A stretch of DNA of 64,000 nt, taken from NCBI RefSeq assembly GCF_023055435.1, contig NW_025964383.1, positions 12,834,001-12,898,000 on the forward strand, given 5' to 3'. Of the stretch, positions 26,685-39,158 are shown one piece after another (positions within the stretch are counted from its first letter, which is position 1; the number at the start of each line of letters is the position of its first letter). The DNA is from Haliotis rufescens. Taxonomy: Eukaryota. The position numbers and the translations under genes are program-made. The notes below the pieces were generated by a model. That model was not told the origin of the DNA, ran no database searches, and saw nothing but the letters and a program-made list of their open reading frames with translations.

Positions 26685-27015
26685 ACTAACACCATCACCA
26701 TCAACATGACCACCAACACGACCACTAACAACACGCACGATCACTAACACCATAACAACACCAATACCAACAATAGCAAGATCAACCCCAACAACACAAA
26801 CAACAACTATATCAACAACAACAACATCAACAACACAACCAACCACAGCAAGAACACCACCCACACGACCACCAACAACACGCACGACCTTTTACACCAC
26901 CAACTACACCAATACCAACAACAGCAAGATCAACACCAATACCACAAACAACAAGATCAACAACAACACCAACAACATCGATAACACCACCAACACCCAC
27001 AACGACACACACCAC
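26685..27015. repeat. AAC/ACC-rich low-complexity microsatellite (paralog 51628-51986)
   Basis: Degenerate (AAC/ACC)n. Confidence 0.9.
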
Positions 27016-27145
27016 CGTGGGTCTAGCTGAAGTGGTAAACGTCTGAGACCTATATCACTCCGGGCTTTCCTTGAACATTAAGCTGTCAGGCCGTGATATA
27101 ACTGGAATAATGTTAAAAGCAGCGCTGAACCCAACTCACTAACTC
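27016..27145 (+). mobile_element. SINE family B 3' half (paralog 51987-52113)
   Basis: gaagtggtaaacgtctgagacc..ccgtgatataactggaataatgttaaaagc. Confidence 0.75.
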
Positions 27146-27290
27146 ATCTTTGGAGACTAAACTTTGATGTTCTTTAATTCGGGATTTGAGGGGCCTAGAT
27201 GTTTCTCCAATGAAAGCTTGCCCACAACTGCACGGAATGTGGTACACTGCTCTTGATGGTTCTAGCTTGTGGCTGGATGGTTCAACTCCA
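27146..27290 (-). pseudogene. Penelope-like GIY-YIG endonuclease fragment (paralog 52113-52257)
   Basis: AVYHIPCSCGQAFIGETSRPLKSRIKEH. Confidence 0.8.
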
Positions 27291-27304
27291 CCTCCCCTCG
27301 TGCT

Positions 27305-27710
27305 CCGAACTAGACGTACATGTAGTTGCGTCGTTATCGCAGTCTGATGTAACGTCGTCGGATTCCCCTTCCAATCTAGATGTAGATGTAGTTGCATCGT
27401 TATCGCTGTCTGACGTAACGTCGTCGGATTCCCCTTTCGAACTAGACGTACATGTAGTTGCAACGTTATCGCTGTCTAACGGAACGTCGTCGGATTCCCC
27501 TTCCGAACTAGACGCACATGTAGTTGCATCGTCATCGCTGTCTGACGTAACGTCGTCGGATTTCCCTTCCGAACTAGACGCACATGTAATAGCGTCGTTA
27601 TCGCTGTCTGACGTAACGTCGTCGCATTCCCCTTCCGAACTAGACGTACATGTAGAAGCGTCCCTGACTCCGTCTGACGTGTCAGCTTCGCTACCCCCTT
27701 CTTCCGAACA
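27305..27710. repeat. 66-bp tandem repeat, ~6 units (paralog 52272-52677)
   Basis: Unit ccgaactagacgtacatgtagttgcatcgttatcgctgtctgacgtaacgtcgtcggattcccctt. Confidence 0.92.
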
Positions 27711-27813
27711 GAAAAATACTTAGGTTTCCGAGAGGTGGTGAGGTGAAGAGGGGTTTAAGATTATTACACTTATATAGCAACGTGCATGTGCGTGTGTGTG
27801 TGTGTGTGCGTGC

Positions 27814-27844
<31 letters not shown>

Positions 27845-28530
27845 TGATTGTACTAGTCCGGACTAATCCCGATGTTATAGTGTTGGCCGACAGATGCCAT
27901 GCCTCAGTTTAACATGAATACCCAGCTAAGACACAGTATACTGACTCTAAGCCGACCAAGCCTTGTTGCCGAGCGCCAGACAGGGTAATAACAAGTACCA
28001 TCTCTTATCAAAGACGCCGAATGTGCTATAACCTCTTATGTAACACATCGTTGTAAATTAATGGTCCCGATGCAATCTCACGCAATAAGACCTCAGCAAT
28101 GCATGGTGGGTAACGTTGATAACGTTGCCAGTTATGGCGGCAGGTTATATCGAGGCTCGGCGGTAGACAACTATGTGGAACTACAAGCTACGTCCATCTT
28201 ATTTCTTATAAAGCACATTGGATTCCAATCTCGGGTTATCACAGAATGTTATGGAGTTGACAGAACCTCGACATCGGAGAGAAGCGTTCGTAAAATAGCA
28301 CGACTACAATTTAACCGAGAATGCTGTGTTGATATGGGATCTGGGATTGCTTGAAATTATCGAAAAAATCAGATCAGGCGCTAAAACAACCGTATGACGC
28401 GGAACCTCGTTTTCAATCGGTTATCGGCTGAACACGTGGTTTTCGGACATTGGTCGAAGCGTGTCATCTCGGTATTGGCGCCTCTGAGCGTTGTCAGGGC
28501 GAGACGTGACCATCAATCTTACATACCTTG

Positions 28531-28880
28531 GAGAGATATCAAATCGTCGCTGTATGTCGTCGGTATAAATCCCATCGTCGGCTAGTCGTACAAAACAACT
28601 ACATTGAATCCCCTGGTCACAGGCTCATGATCAGTGACTTGCCTGAATGCTTGCCATTGCACCCGACGAGACGGGATGTTACTGATGAAGCCGGACACTG
28701 GTATTGACGCCTCTGACCGTTGTCCGGGCGGGACATGACCATCGATCTTACATACCTTGGTTTGGAGTGACTTGGATAGTTCTTGGACGCGTTTCCAACA
28801 TATCGTTTCGAGACCGTTACAATAGATTTCGTAGCACCTACAAGAGAAGGATATACATTTAATAATTAAAAAAACATGCG

Positions 28881-28936
<56 letters not shown>

Positions 28937-29098
28937 TCAAATCGTCCTGTATGTCGTCGGTATAATTCTCATCGTCGGCTTGTCGTACAAAGCAACTACA
29001 TTGAATCGGGTGGTCACAGGCTCATGATCAGTGACTTGCCTGAATGCTTGCCATTGCACCCGACGAGACGGGATGTTACTGATGAAGCCAGACACTGG
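28531..29098. repeat. ~170-bp direct repeat flanking an (AG)n microsatellite (28884-28933)
   Basis: gagat.tcaaatcgtc..actgatgaagcc.gacactgg at 28531-28700 and 28931-29098. Confidence 0.8.
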
Positions 29099-29464
29099 GT
29101 TGACTTAAATATTTACAGACCACAGTGATATAGCTGGCATATGGCTGAGTGCGGCGCGTAAATACACACAAACACACATACATATCATCATCATCATCAT
29201 CATCATCATCATCTGCTCAATGTTATAAGAGGGAAATCAATAGAGGACTCTTGTCTTGTCTTGTCAGATCTAGAATGTGTTACTCATCAAGTGACTGGTA
29301 TTTTCACGAGTGGAGCACCCACAAGTTAACACTTAACTTTGCAGATAAGATAAACATTGTGTTTGACTAGAAAATGTAAAATGTTTCGCTTATTATGAAA
29401 GTCGTTCGGGCATTAAGCGCCATTTCTACATGTTATTTTACTTGAGTGAAATATCGATTATATA

Positions 29465-30839
29465 TACTCTTAAAAAAAAGAAACGTTAAGTCAGTTTTGT
29501 GTAAGGTAGGAAAATACATTTACACGAGGAACCGTACAAGGTATGGAGCCAAACTGTTTTGGGGAGAACACTTGGTGATAGTAGTCATCTCAGTTATCGG
29601 TACATAGGAAAAGTCCAAGGTGAAAGTCCGTTCGAATCGATAGCGGCCTGACAACTCCTGCCCATGGAAGACACGATTATGCGAATCACATCCTGGGGTA
29701 TGATAGCCCACTCGGCCTGCAACGCAAAAGTCAACAGCTGCAAAGTCTGGGGTTGTGGTTGACGTCTGCGTAACCGTCTATCCAATTCATCCCACAGGTG
29801 CACTATCGGGTTCAACTCCGGGAATCTGGAGGGTCAGGGGAGAACATCAACGTTGTTGTTGTAAAGACAGGCTCTTGTGATCCGTGCTGTATACGGCCGA
29901 GCGTTGTCCTGCTGGAATGCACCGTTACAATTCGCTGCAATTGGGAGGACGTGTGGTAGGAGAATTTCGTTAATGTATCGTTGAACCGTAAGACTGCCCT
30001 AGATGTCAACCAACCCTGTCCTGCCATTATGAGAGATAGCCGCCCACATCATAACGCTAAACCTGTCCACTTCCTGTACGCGTAACGTTCTCCACGACGT
30101 CTGTAGACCTGTGCTGTCATTCCCTCGACGGTGGAGAAATCTTGATCTCGATGTTGTCGACTCAATATGAGGCATCGAACGGGACGTTTTGATTGTAGAC
30201 CTGCTGCTCTTAAACGGTGTCGTACGGTCTGGTCGGAGATTCTGCGCAGTCAGGGTATTTGGGATGCGGTTGAGGTGTCTGTGGTCGTGCTTTCACGTAG
30301 ACCGCGCACTCGGATGTAGCGATCTTGGGCGGGGGTGGTTACTCTTGGTCATCCCGACCTTGGCCGATCACGTGTTGACCCGTGCTGTTGAAACTGATCC
30401 CATAGCCTTGTGATGGTGCAGGGCGCTATATTGAAAACCCTGGCTACAGATGATCGGGATTCCCCTGCCTGCAAGCGTCCTCTGACGCTGTTTCGTTTCA
30501 CTTCTGTTAATCTTGGCGTGTTGTTGAATTGTCACTGTTCGACTGACGCAGATGCCAGGCAATCAAAAACACTGCACTTTACTACCGTTTATGGTGTTGC
30601 TGCAGGTTTAGTACGTGCAACTCCATGGTACTTTTGTTAATGTACTGGGTGCGTTTTTTTCCGAATCGTACTTGTTTCCCGACTTATTGTTTTCATGTCC
30701 TTGTTGTGATCATTTTGATCCCGGAAATGTGTCACTGTCACTAAAACACATAAAACCACTTCGTTTTGCACCTCTTGGTCCGCTGATTTTTCTTTTATGC
30801 CAAAATAAATTGTATCACATTTCTTTTTTTTGAAGAGTA
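29465..30839 (-). mobile_element. Tc1/mariner element with TIRs and TA flanks, decayed transposase
   Basis: TA|TACTCTTAAAAAAAAGAAAC ... ATTTCTTTTTTTTGAAGAGTA|TA; NPIVHLWDELDRRLRRR..LQAEW..IP..SM. Confidence 0.85.
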
Positions 30840-31093
30840 TATTTGGGGATGCTGACAGTATTTCATCACTAAATGCATTTATTTATTTATCAAAGTCAGC
30901 ATATAACGAATATACCGCTAGGTTATGTTTCAGCCTAAGCATCTACTCATCAGCTTTTGATCTGTGAAGATTCGGGTTGAAACAGATCAGCAAGTCAAAC
31001 TAAGGAATTGCATCGGACACAACTTTTGTCACGGATGCGTCAAATTTGGAAATGTCCACCACATGTCTTCCACAAAAAGTTTTGAAGGTTTTA

Positions 31094-31223
31094 NNNNNNN
31101 NNNNNNNNNNNNNNNNNNNNNNNNNNNNNNNNNNNNNNNNNNNNNNNNNNNNNNNNNNNNNNNNNNNNNNNNNNNNNNNNNNNNNNNNNNNNNNNNNNNN
31201 NNNNNNNNNNNNNNNNNNNNNNN
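31094..31223. other. Assembly gap (130 N)
   Basis: N run. Confidence 1.
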
Positions 31224-31365
31224 TTGAGCAATATTCCAGCAATATCACGGCGGGGGACACCAATATCACAGCGGGCTTCACACATTGTGCCCATGTCGGG
31301 AATCGAACTCGGGTCTTCGGCGTGACGAGCGAACGCTTTAACCACTAGGCTACCCGACCGCCCCC
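31224..31365 (-). mobile_element. SINE family A (tail lost in the gap)
   Basis: Reverse complement of the 4021 element. Confidence 0.9.
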
Positions 31366-33449
31366 TATTACCTTGATCAAACATCTTCTGAGCAAGAGTC
31401 GTATTTCGCTCTTTGAAGTCATGGTAGCAAAACATGCTCGATTGTACTTCAAAAGTTATGAAATGTAAACGCTATCGTTGATATCCTGTGTCTTGTGGAG
31501 AGTGTTTTGACCTCTGAAGCTTTATGCATTGATCTAAATATGAAACAGATGAAGTGGTCTCACTGGTCTCCTTTATTGCTAGTCCAGGTGGGTAAATCAG
31601 TGGAAGAAATCGTTCATTTGAACGATATCGTGCATCGATATACCTCAAGCTTAAAGGGGCACTGATCTGAAGCAACTCCGCGGGACTGGTTGTTGCCTTT
31701 GTTATTGTCTTTTCCCCGTAAATACCCGGATGATATAGCAAATCTAGACTAGTTCGCGACCTGTGCTGCGCCATTCGTAAGCGCATTTGACACCTTTATT
31801 GATAGTATAAGGATGTATGGTCACATAGGTCAACAAAAGGAAATACAGTTTTGGAAATAATAAGGAAATGTAGGTATCTTTGTGGGTAGCATCGGTAATT
31901 GTGACGAAGTTTTGATAAGTCACTTGCTTGGTAATTTTGCGATTTTCGTTTACACTAGTTTAACTTGCAACACAAAGTAAATATTTCACCTTAGCATTGC
32001 TCACATTTTCAAAATTTATATTTGGATATTTATTTTACAAATTGCCTGAGAAATATGTCCATCTGTATCATTATGATAACGAATTCCTAACATTTTTATA
32101 TTAATAACATCACAAAGTGACTGAAAATGTAAGGATTAAAAGTACTTTTCTAAATTGTTTGGCTTCTAATCCTAGCATAATTAATCTATCGTGATCTTTA
32201 AAGCCCCTTTGAACGACTTAATCAGTTTAAGTCAATCTTTTAAATAAATGGACAGTTTTTTTGAGCAATTTGTAAAATGACTGAAATATTTGGACATTTT
32301 ACAAATTGCCTGAGTGAATCTCATTTTACACATTGACTGTAAGATATACACGCTTACGAGGAAAAGACTTGTGAAAACAACGTCTGTCGCACATTGAAGA
32401 ACTTCCCAACCAAGACGTAGAGGAACAAGAATGATTCTGTTCAATGCTGCAGCAAATGAATGAAAACAAAATGCCAATGTCATAATTACAACCTACCAAA
32501 GTTATATGTATAATTTTAGGCAGCTACCTTGTTCGAGGAATGTATCCGTGAATATCCACATAACAGAACAATATCCCATACATCTGCAGCCGTACAAAGA
32601 AACATTTTCGATGTCAAGTGTCTCTGGAACAATCGAATATTTTAAAATATGTATAGCGTTTCGGGATATTATGACCCGTGTTCGTTTCTCAACTGACAAC
32701 TTGGTTTTTTTCAGTTGTTTCACATAGGTGTCAAGTCCCAAAGGTCAGCTGAGAAGCCCACATGACAACTATTTTCATAATATCCACGGTTCTTAAAAAA
32801 TCCCTTGAGTTAGATAACAATGAGCAATCAATCAACGTATTATCGGTTAACCTTTGAACATAGTATGTTGTTTTTACGCCATGATATGCGTGTATTCCCT
32901 TTGCTTTAGTAAACCTGGACATGTAAACACTTACTTTTGACATATCCACTGTGCAAGATAACAGCGATTAATCAATCAACGTATTTTCTGTTGATTCTTT
33001 GATGGCTAGGAATGATCCGTTGATTTACATACAATTCATCTCTTGCTTGGCTGCCACGTGCATATTACAAAACACACATTTCACCTCACTTCAAACCTGA
33101 ATTTAGTTTATGAATAATTACCCCAGACACAAGAAATGCAAAATAGGAATCTTTACCCGCTAATCTGAGCGGTGCTACCACTAGTTATACCTGTAATAAA
33201 TTCATTAAGTGAGCATCAAGTGAATGACGTCAAATAGACAAGTGTAGGGTTATACCAGAAAACATGGATGACAACAAGGGAGTAGTAACCGTATTAACCA
33301 CGCAATCCGAACATGCTTTCACTGCAGGTTTTAGTTAAACGCCTTAGTCAAATTACCTTGTTTTGACTTTGCCAAACCGATCAGATATTCCGATTCATAT
33401 TCATAAAGAATTAGATCAGCAAGAAGCGGAACACAATTGGTTACTGTAT

Positions 33450-34980
33450 GCTTGCAAGCACCATTCCTTGTCCTGGCGTCCAGATCTGCCATTACAATGA
33501 TATGACAACCAGGATCATCTGTTTTGATTTGTGTGTTGTCACTGTCCAACATGTTCAATACAGATTCTGCTGAATGTACACTTGAGTTGAGGTGTATAAT
33601 ATACTCGTGCCAAAAGCAAAGGGGTGTCGTTTGTATCTGTTGTGCTACAGTTTGTATGTAGATCACAATATGATGCAAGCTTGTCTTTTATCAACAGCAA
33701 GTGTCCTCCAGAGTTTCAAAAAGCACCAACAGGTTTTTGTCTGGTTTTGCTGTATTGTGTGTATCCAGGAAGACTAAATATATCATTCTGACCTGCTAAA
33801 GTTTCCACAAGTCCTATGACATCATAAGAGAGGACAAAGTCAATAAATGAGAGTAATTCCAGTTTCTTCTTTAAACCTCCAATATTCCACACTGTACAGT
33901 TAATAACAATTGTGTCATTAGTATTGCTAGGGCGTTTACCTACTTCATATTTTCACTGTGCTCCCGTCGACTCTGGATTTCTAGGTTTGAAAGTTCCCTC
34001 ACACGTAAGTTGGCCACATCAGTCGCATCTACCTCGTATAGTTTATTGTCTATCTCTAGTTTGTCATGTTTCAAAATAGAAAACTTGCCTTCTTCCCTCA
34101 CTTCCTCCAAGAAGGGCTTGAGGGTGTGTCAAGTACGTCACACTGCATCTGTATAATCATGGGAGATCCTTATGTTATGACTTTTCAGTTTCTTTTCTTG
34201 GTTTATGATAGTGGCTTTCTGTTTTGGAGTCCTGAACATAGCTAGAATTGGCCTTGGTCCACTTGATTTCATTGGTAGCCGACTCCCTCTTTCAAATATT
34301 ATTTCTTCTTGTATTTCCATTTTTTCAACAATCACACTGAGCAGTTTATTTTCTGTCTCCTCTGTTAACTCTCCTCCTAATGTCTCCTCGACGTTATAAA
34401 CAATGACAATGTTTTATCTCTGCTGGCTTTCCAGTATGTCCACTTTATGACTTAAGTTAGTAAGTTGGTCCCGTAAGTCACTATTTTCATCGGTTAGACT
34501 CTTTCTCTACTTGAGTTATCATAGTGCTCATTTTCTCGAAATTAGTTGACATGCCTCTCCCCATACCTTGTATTTCAGCCATCAGTTCTTTCAAGCTCGG
34601 TTCCAGTGAGCTGTCCAATGTAGCTTGTCTTGTAGTTGTCCTGATCCGGGGCCTGGGTTGCCCTCAACATCACTGCCCAATATAATATGCATAGAGACGC
34701 ACACTAAGTGTCCTGTTTTCAGTGCCAGGCTTGAGCCTCACGGCATGTGCAACATGGTGACAGGCATGACTGACCGTCGTCTTGCTCTGTCACTCATAAA
34801 TGCCTCATACGGCGCCAGGAAACATCCAACACGTCCTCTATAGGTATCCAAATCGCAGCCCATTTTATTCTTAATTACCACAGTAACTCACCAGGTTTTG
34901 TTGGTAGTTTTGACAGCTCAAATCAGTAAATTCGACGGAGCTTGGTCATATACGTGTTGTCACCCTCTCTCCAGGTGGCG
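33450..34980 (-). mobile_element. 5' half of a CR1/L2-like LINE (ORF1 + start of the APE endonuclease), decayed
   Basis: ORF1 RLP..GPRPILAMF..I.ISHDYT..DKLEID; ORF2 WNIGGL..SYDVIGLVET..IIVMADLDART. Confidence 0.75.
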
Positions 34981-34984
34981 CTCC

Positions 34985-35260
34985 CCCAATGTTGAAACAT
35001 CATGAGACATACGGTCCTAGAACCAACAACAGCCTTGAAGGTTTAAACAGTCCTCTGAATGCCACTCTGCCCTGCCGATATCCAAACATTTTCCGTCTTA
35101 TCGAGATCATGAAGTGAATCGAAAAGGCAGACACAATGAAAAGTGTTTAGTTGGACTGCTCCTCCACCTCGGAGTTTCCTGAGAGATAGAAAACCGCCTT
35201 GGTAGACTCAAAGACCAGTTGACTCAATGCAGTATTTGAATGCTGAGAGCAGACTGGTAA
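34985..35260 (+). pseudogene. MULE transposase C-terminal relic
   Basis: HHETYGPRTNNSLEG..PNIFRLIEIMK. Confidence 0.6.
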
Positions 35261-36530
35261 AATTGGGTTGACGCTTGTTAAATTATTTGAATCATTTGTG
35301 GTGAAATTGGGTTGACCCTTGATAATTTATTTGTGTGACTATTAAAGTCTATGACTATTATTGAAGCCTATTTTTTTATTATGTCGTATATTTTCGTGAG
35401 GTGTCTGACAAATCAAATGGAATATGATCGGGACTAATCCATGTTTCGACTTGGGGGACATGCATTGGACATTGGGAGAAGTCAACTGTGACATTTGTGA
35501 TTTTAAGGTGCGTGACAAATTGGGTGAGACTGCCTCTCCACGCATCTGATCGGTACCCTGTCAAAGTGTTGTTTTAGCTATTCTCATCTTATTACTGTCA
35601 TACAGTTGCTAAGCTAAGCCGCTTGTGTACTTGCTCTGATGTAATTAATCAGTTATCTTTGCCCATGCACATAGGGTTTATCTGATCTTTTATTATCACC
35701 TATTGGTATAATTAGCTGTTATTAATAAACATGTGAACCATGTTTTCATCATTATATTATTTTTTTTTGACACCCCTGTTCATTGTAGAACAGCTCCATG
35801 ACAGTTCCAAAACTCAACACTTAGTCATACACATTTAGATGTGAGGTGAAATCGGTTTAAAGCAACGTTGAAACGTTGTAGATATCCCTTGCAAGCACGT
35901 GTGTGCATGGCTGATTGTATTAGTTTCACTAATAGCTTGTGCTCACAGAGATGCCATGCAGCAGTGTTAACATAAATACACCACTCAGACACAGTGTACT
36001 GACTCCGAGTCAACCAGTCATTGTCTAAACCCATTTATGCCGAGCGCCGGGAAGGGTAACAATACAAATTTAAAGCAAACCGTAATCCCCCATGAACAAC
36101 GAACACAAACTAGCCCTGATCCTGATATCTATAAATGGGCCTCCGCGGTCCTCCCTTGTCGGTTTTAGTGTAAACAACAAAATCTTAATCATAAGAAATC
36201 TCGACTAAAGTACGATTCCGACTATATCATAAGATGTGTTTATGAATCAAAATGAAATAGAGATCATACCAGCTGTTTATGAAAAGGTGAGCGTATCCTG
36301 CCCAACCGAAGGCACCCATCACAAACACATGCAAAGGCAAGTCTATTGTTACCTGAAAAAACAACACGGGAACATATTGTACGAGTCACAATAGGGAATT
36401 GCATCTACCACCCAAAGCGAATTACAAAAGTTACTGGGTTGTATGCTGTGAACATGTACTCACTCAGATAGATTTACCAAAATCTGAAAAAAAAACATTA
36501 ATCAAAGATGCCATCGCCTACTTCCTATGA

Positions 36531-36814
36531 GTGAGTGAGTGAGTGAGTTGGGTTTAACGCCGCTTTTAACAGTATTCCAGTTATATCGCGGCGTGTCAGC
36601 TTTATGTGGGAGGAAAGCCTGAAGTGATGCAGGTCTCAGACGTTTACCACTTCGGTGAAACCCACGAGCAGGGGTATGGTGCTGACAAACCTAGAAACAT
36701 AATCGGGGTGAACCGGGATTCGAACCCACAATCATAGGTTTCTGGCGTGCCCAAGGGACGCAACTCTGCACAGCGAATCGCGGCGCCTTAGACGACTTGG
36801 CCACCCGTGCCCCC
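36531..36814 (-). mobile_element. SINE family B, full length, TSD tacttcctatga, absent from copy 1
   Basis: TSD at 36519-36530 and 36815-36826; empty site at ~12465-12480. Confidence 0.9.
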
Positions 36815-37394
36815 TACTTCCTATGAAAACATGTAGTATCTTCCTGTGTACTGTTGTTTGACGATGTAAAATGAATATCTGTTTGACTTCTTAAGGGCAA
36901 ATAAGGTACACCCAGCTTGTTTTATTTTTATTGAAAACTGAAAGTTGAAAGAACTGTTGTTAAATGTGATTACATGTGTGTCTATTTACCCATCACTCAT
37001 TCTTGCAACAGTATGCAAAAGGTGATCTGTGGCTGGGTAGTTTGTACAATAATAATGGTTCAACGAAGACTTGGGAAATGAATTTGCAGCCACAAGACCC
37101 CTACAATGTTTGAAATGTTGTAGATTTATTTATTTTCAAAGATACGATGTGTAAGATATCCACCAGCAGTAGAAAATTACGCGTTTTCTTCTTTTAATTG
37201 TTAATCCGTAAAATGGCTGAAATATTTAGGCTTTTTGTAAATTGGCTATGTTACACATTACAAGAGACATATATACATCATTCTCCATGTATTTTATACC
37301 GAAACTACAGAGGTATGCATGGTACGTAAAAGAAATAGACATTGTTATTAAATTCAGTTCAGACATATTTGTAATAAGACAGCGTTCCCGCGTT

Positions 37395-38330
37395 ATCCCC
37401 CGGAAGTGACGCGTGTGTCACAGAGAAGGAAGTTAAATGTCCAGGTAGGTGTGTTGTGTCTCGTCTCTCACTTTGTCGCCCTACACACAGATAACTGTTC
37501 GATAATCAGGGTCACAACGTCCACGTATATGTCAATATATCATGTATATATCAGGCTGCTGAAGGTGGTGCTTATACCTTGATACGTACTGCATATATCC
37601 TGAATGTTAGTGTTAGCTGACTACCACACATTCCTACTTTCGGTTTACAGCGTGGCCGGGCTTCATGTACACAAGTATTGACCCACTTTTACTGTTAAAG
37701 TGTATAATAGAAAACCCTCGGCCGTGTCGCCGTGTTTAACAGAGGAAGGGTGTGTAGGTAGGGAGAATTTACGTTTCAAATTTTACGTTTGTAATGAAAT
37801 AATTTAATTTTTACGGGAGAAAACTACGCAAAAAGTATATAATAAATAGGATATTTAATGTGACTCGTTAAATATTATATATCTCTCATCTCGTGACGGA
37901 TGACAAGGAAATATTTTCACTCATGGCCATGCCACTCGTGTTACAACGTCTCATATTACACAATTGTAAAATCACGTCACATCCCGGAAGTGACCTGCGT
38001 GTCAACAGCGAAGGAAGCTACCTGTCAAGGTAGGTGTGTTGTGTCTCGTCTCTCACTTTGTCCCCCTACACACAGATAACTGTTCGATAATCAGGGTCAC
38101 ATCTTCCATGTATATGTCAAGACACTATAGGGCTGCTGAAGGTGGTATCTATATATATATTCATACAGTGTATAGACGGGATATTAGTGTTGACTGACTG
38201 CCACACATTCCTACTTTTGGTTTACTATGAGTGCAGTCGTTTTTCATACAAGTCATGGCCCACTTTAACTATTGTTATATTGTGTATAGATAAACCCCGG
38301 TCGTGTCGGATAACCGTTGACGCGCGCTGT
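37395..38330 (+). promoter_or_regulatory. Tandemly duplicated putative promoter/first-exon module of TRIM copy 2
   Basis: CCGGAAGTG at 37400 and 37984, each followed ~45 bp later by ag|gtaggt (37445, 38030); ~330 bp of homology. Confidence 0.45.
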
Positions 38331-38649
38331 GTGCAAACATGTACCTCTTAACACTAGACTGCTATTGATTGTACTTCAATGACATATCCTGAATAGAAGC
38401 ACACGTTGTTACTGTGATGGAATTTGTGGTCGCTTTGTGATCCTGAATGCAGATTGAAGGAAGTGTGGTATGTAATGTATATGGCGTATCTACATGCACA
38501 TGTATAGTGAGGATATGCGTCATTGTCGTGTGCTGCAATTAGTTAGTGTCAAACGGTTATCTAGCCAGTGATATCAATCCTAAATTATTTTGTTGATATT
38601 AAGTGAGTGAAGATGGCTACAGGGAGGGGATCTCAAGGGGCAATATATT

Positions 38650-38853
38650 TTGTTTGTTTGTTGTTTAACGCCGGACTCCAATATTCTAGCTATATGACGG
38701 TTGTCTGTCAAACATCAGACCAGACAATCCTGTGATTGACATTATGAGTATCGATCAACGTAGCTGAGATATAGATGACAGCGAGTCTGACCACCCGATC
38801 CCGTTAGCCACCTCTTACGACAAGAACAGTCGCCTTTTACGGCAAGCATGGGT
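38650..38853 (-). mobile_element. SINE family C
   Basis: Tail and core motifs as above. Confidence 0.75.
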
Positions 38854-39158
38854 TTCATTTCAAATGTTGCAAATATTTAAATTTTATACATGTAAACAAT
38901 CTTGGATAGCTTCGTGTACACTTGCTCTTTTTACGTACTTCTATGAAACGCGTGTCTATTTTGTGCTGTAAATGGAACAGGCCATGTTATGATGGCATGG
39001 TGCCAAATATGACACAGGCTGGCTATGATTATTTGTGTGCATGTTTTATATCATACTGAGATGTTTCCCGATAGATAAGAACAAAATTGATTGATGCGTG
39101 TGACTACGTTGATTGGAAACAGCTCTTAGTCCCTCATTTCAGTTTTTTGTCTTTCAGA

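Larger units (their letters stand above)
12340..33445. repeat. Segmental duplication copy 1 (~21 kb)
   Basis: Collinear with 36365-58320 through gene, introns, satellites and TE relics; homology fades at the 5' end and stops abruptly at ~33445. Confidence 0.9.
31000..33445 (-). mobile_element. Fragmented Penelope-like (Naiad-type) RT, interrupted by SINE A (to 31365) and a ~1.7 kb insert (31650-33320)
   Basis: NCVPLLADLILYEYE (33445-33330); RYID..LIYP..IKET..SVSYLD (31646-31530); KTFCGRH..DAIP* (31093-31000). Confidence 0.75.

Noticed and set aside
28061-28585. ORFs conserved between copies (97 aa, 63 aa) and other short paired ORFs
   Set aside because: Conservation is explained by recent duplication; no recognisable domains or splice structure
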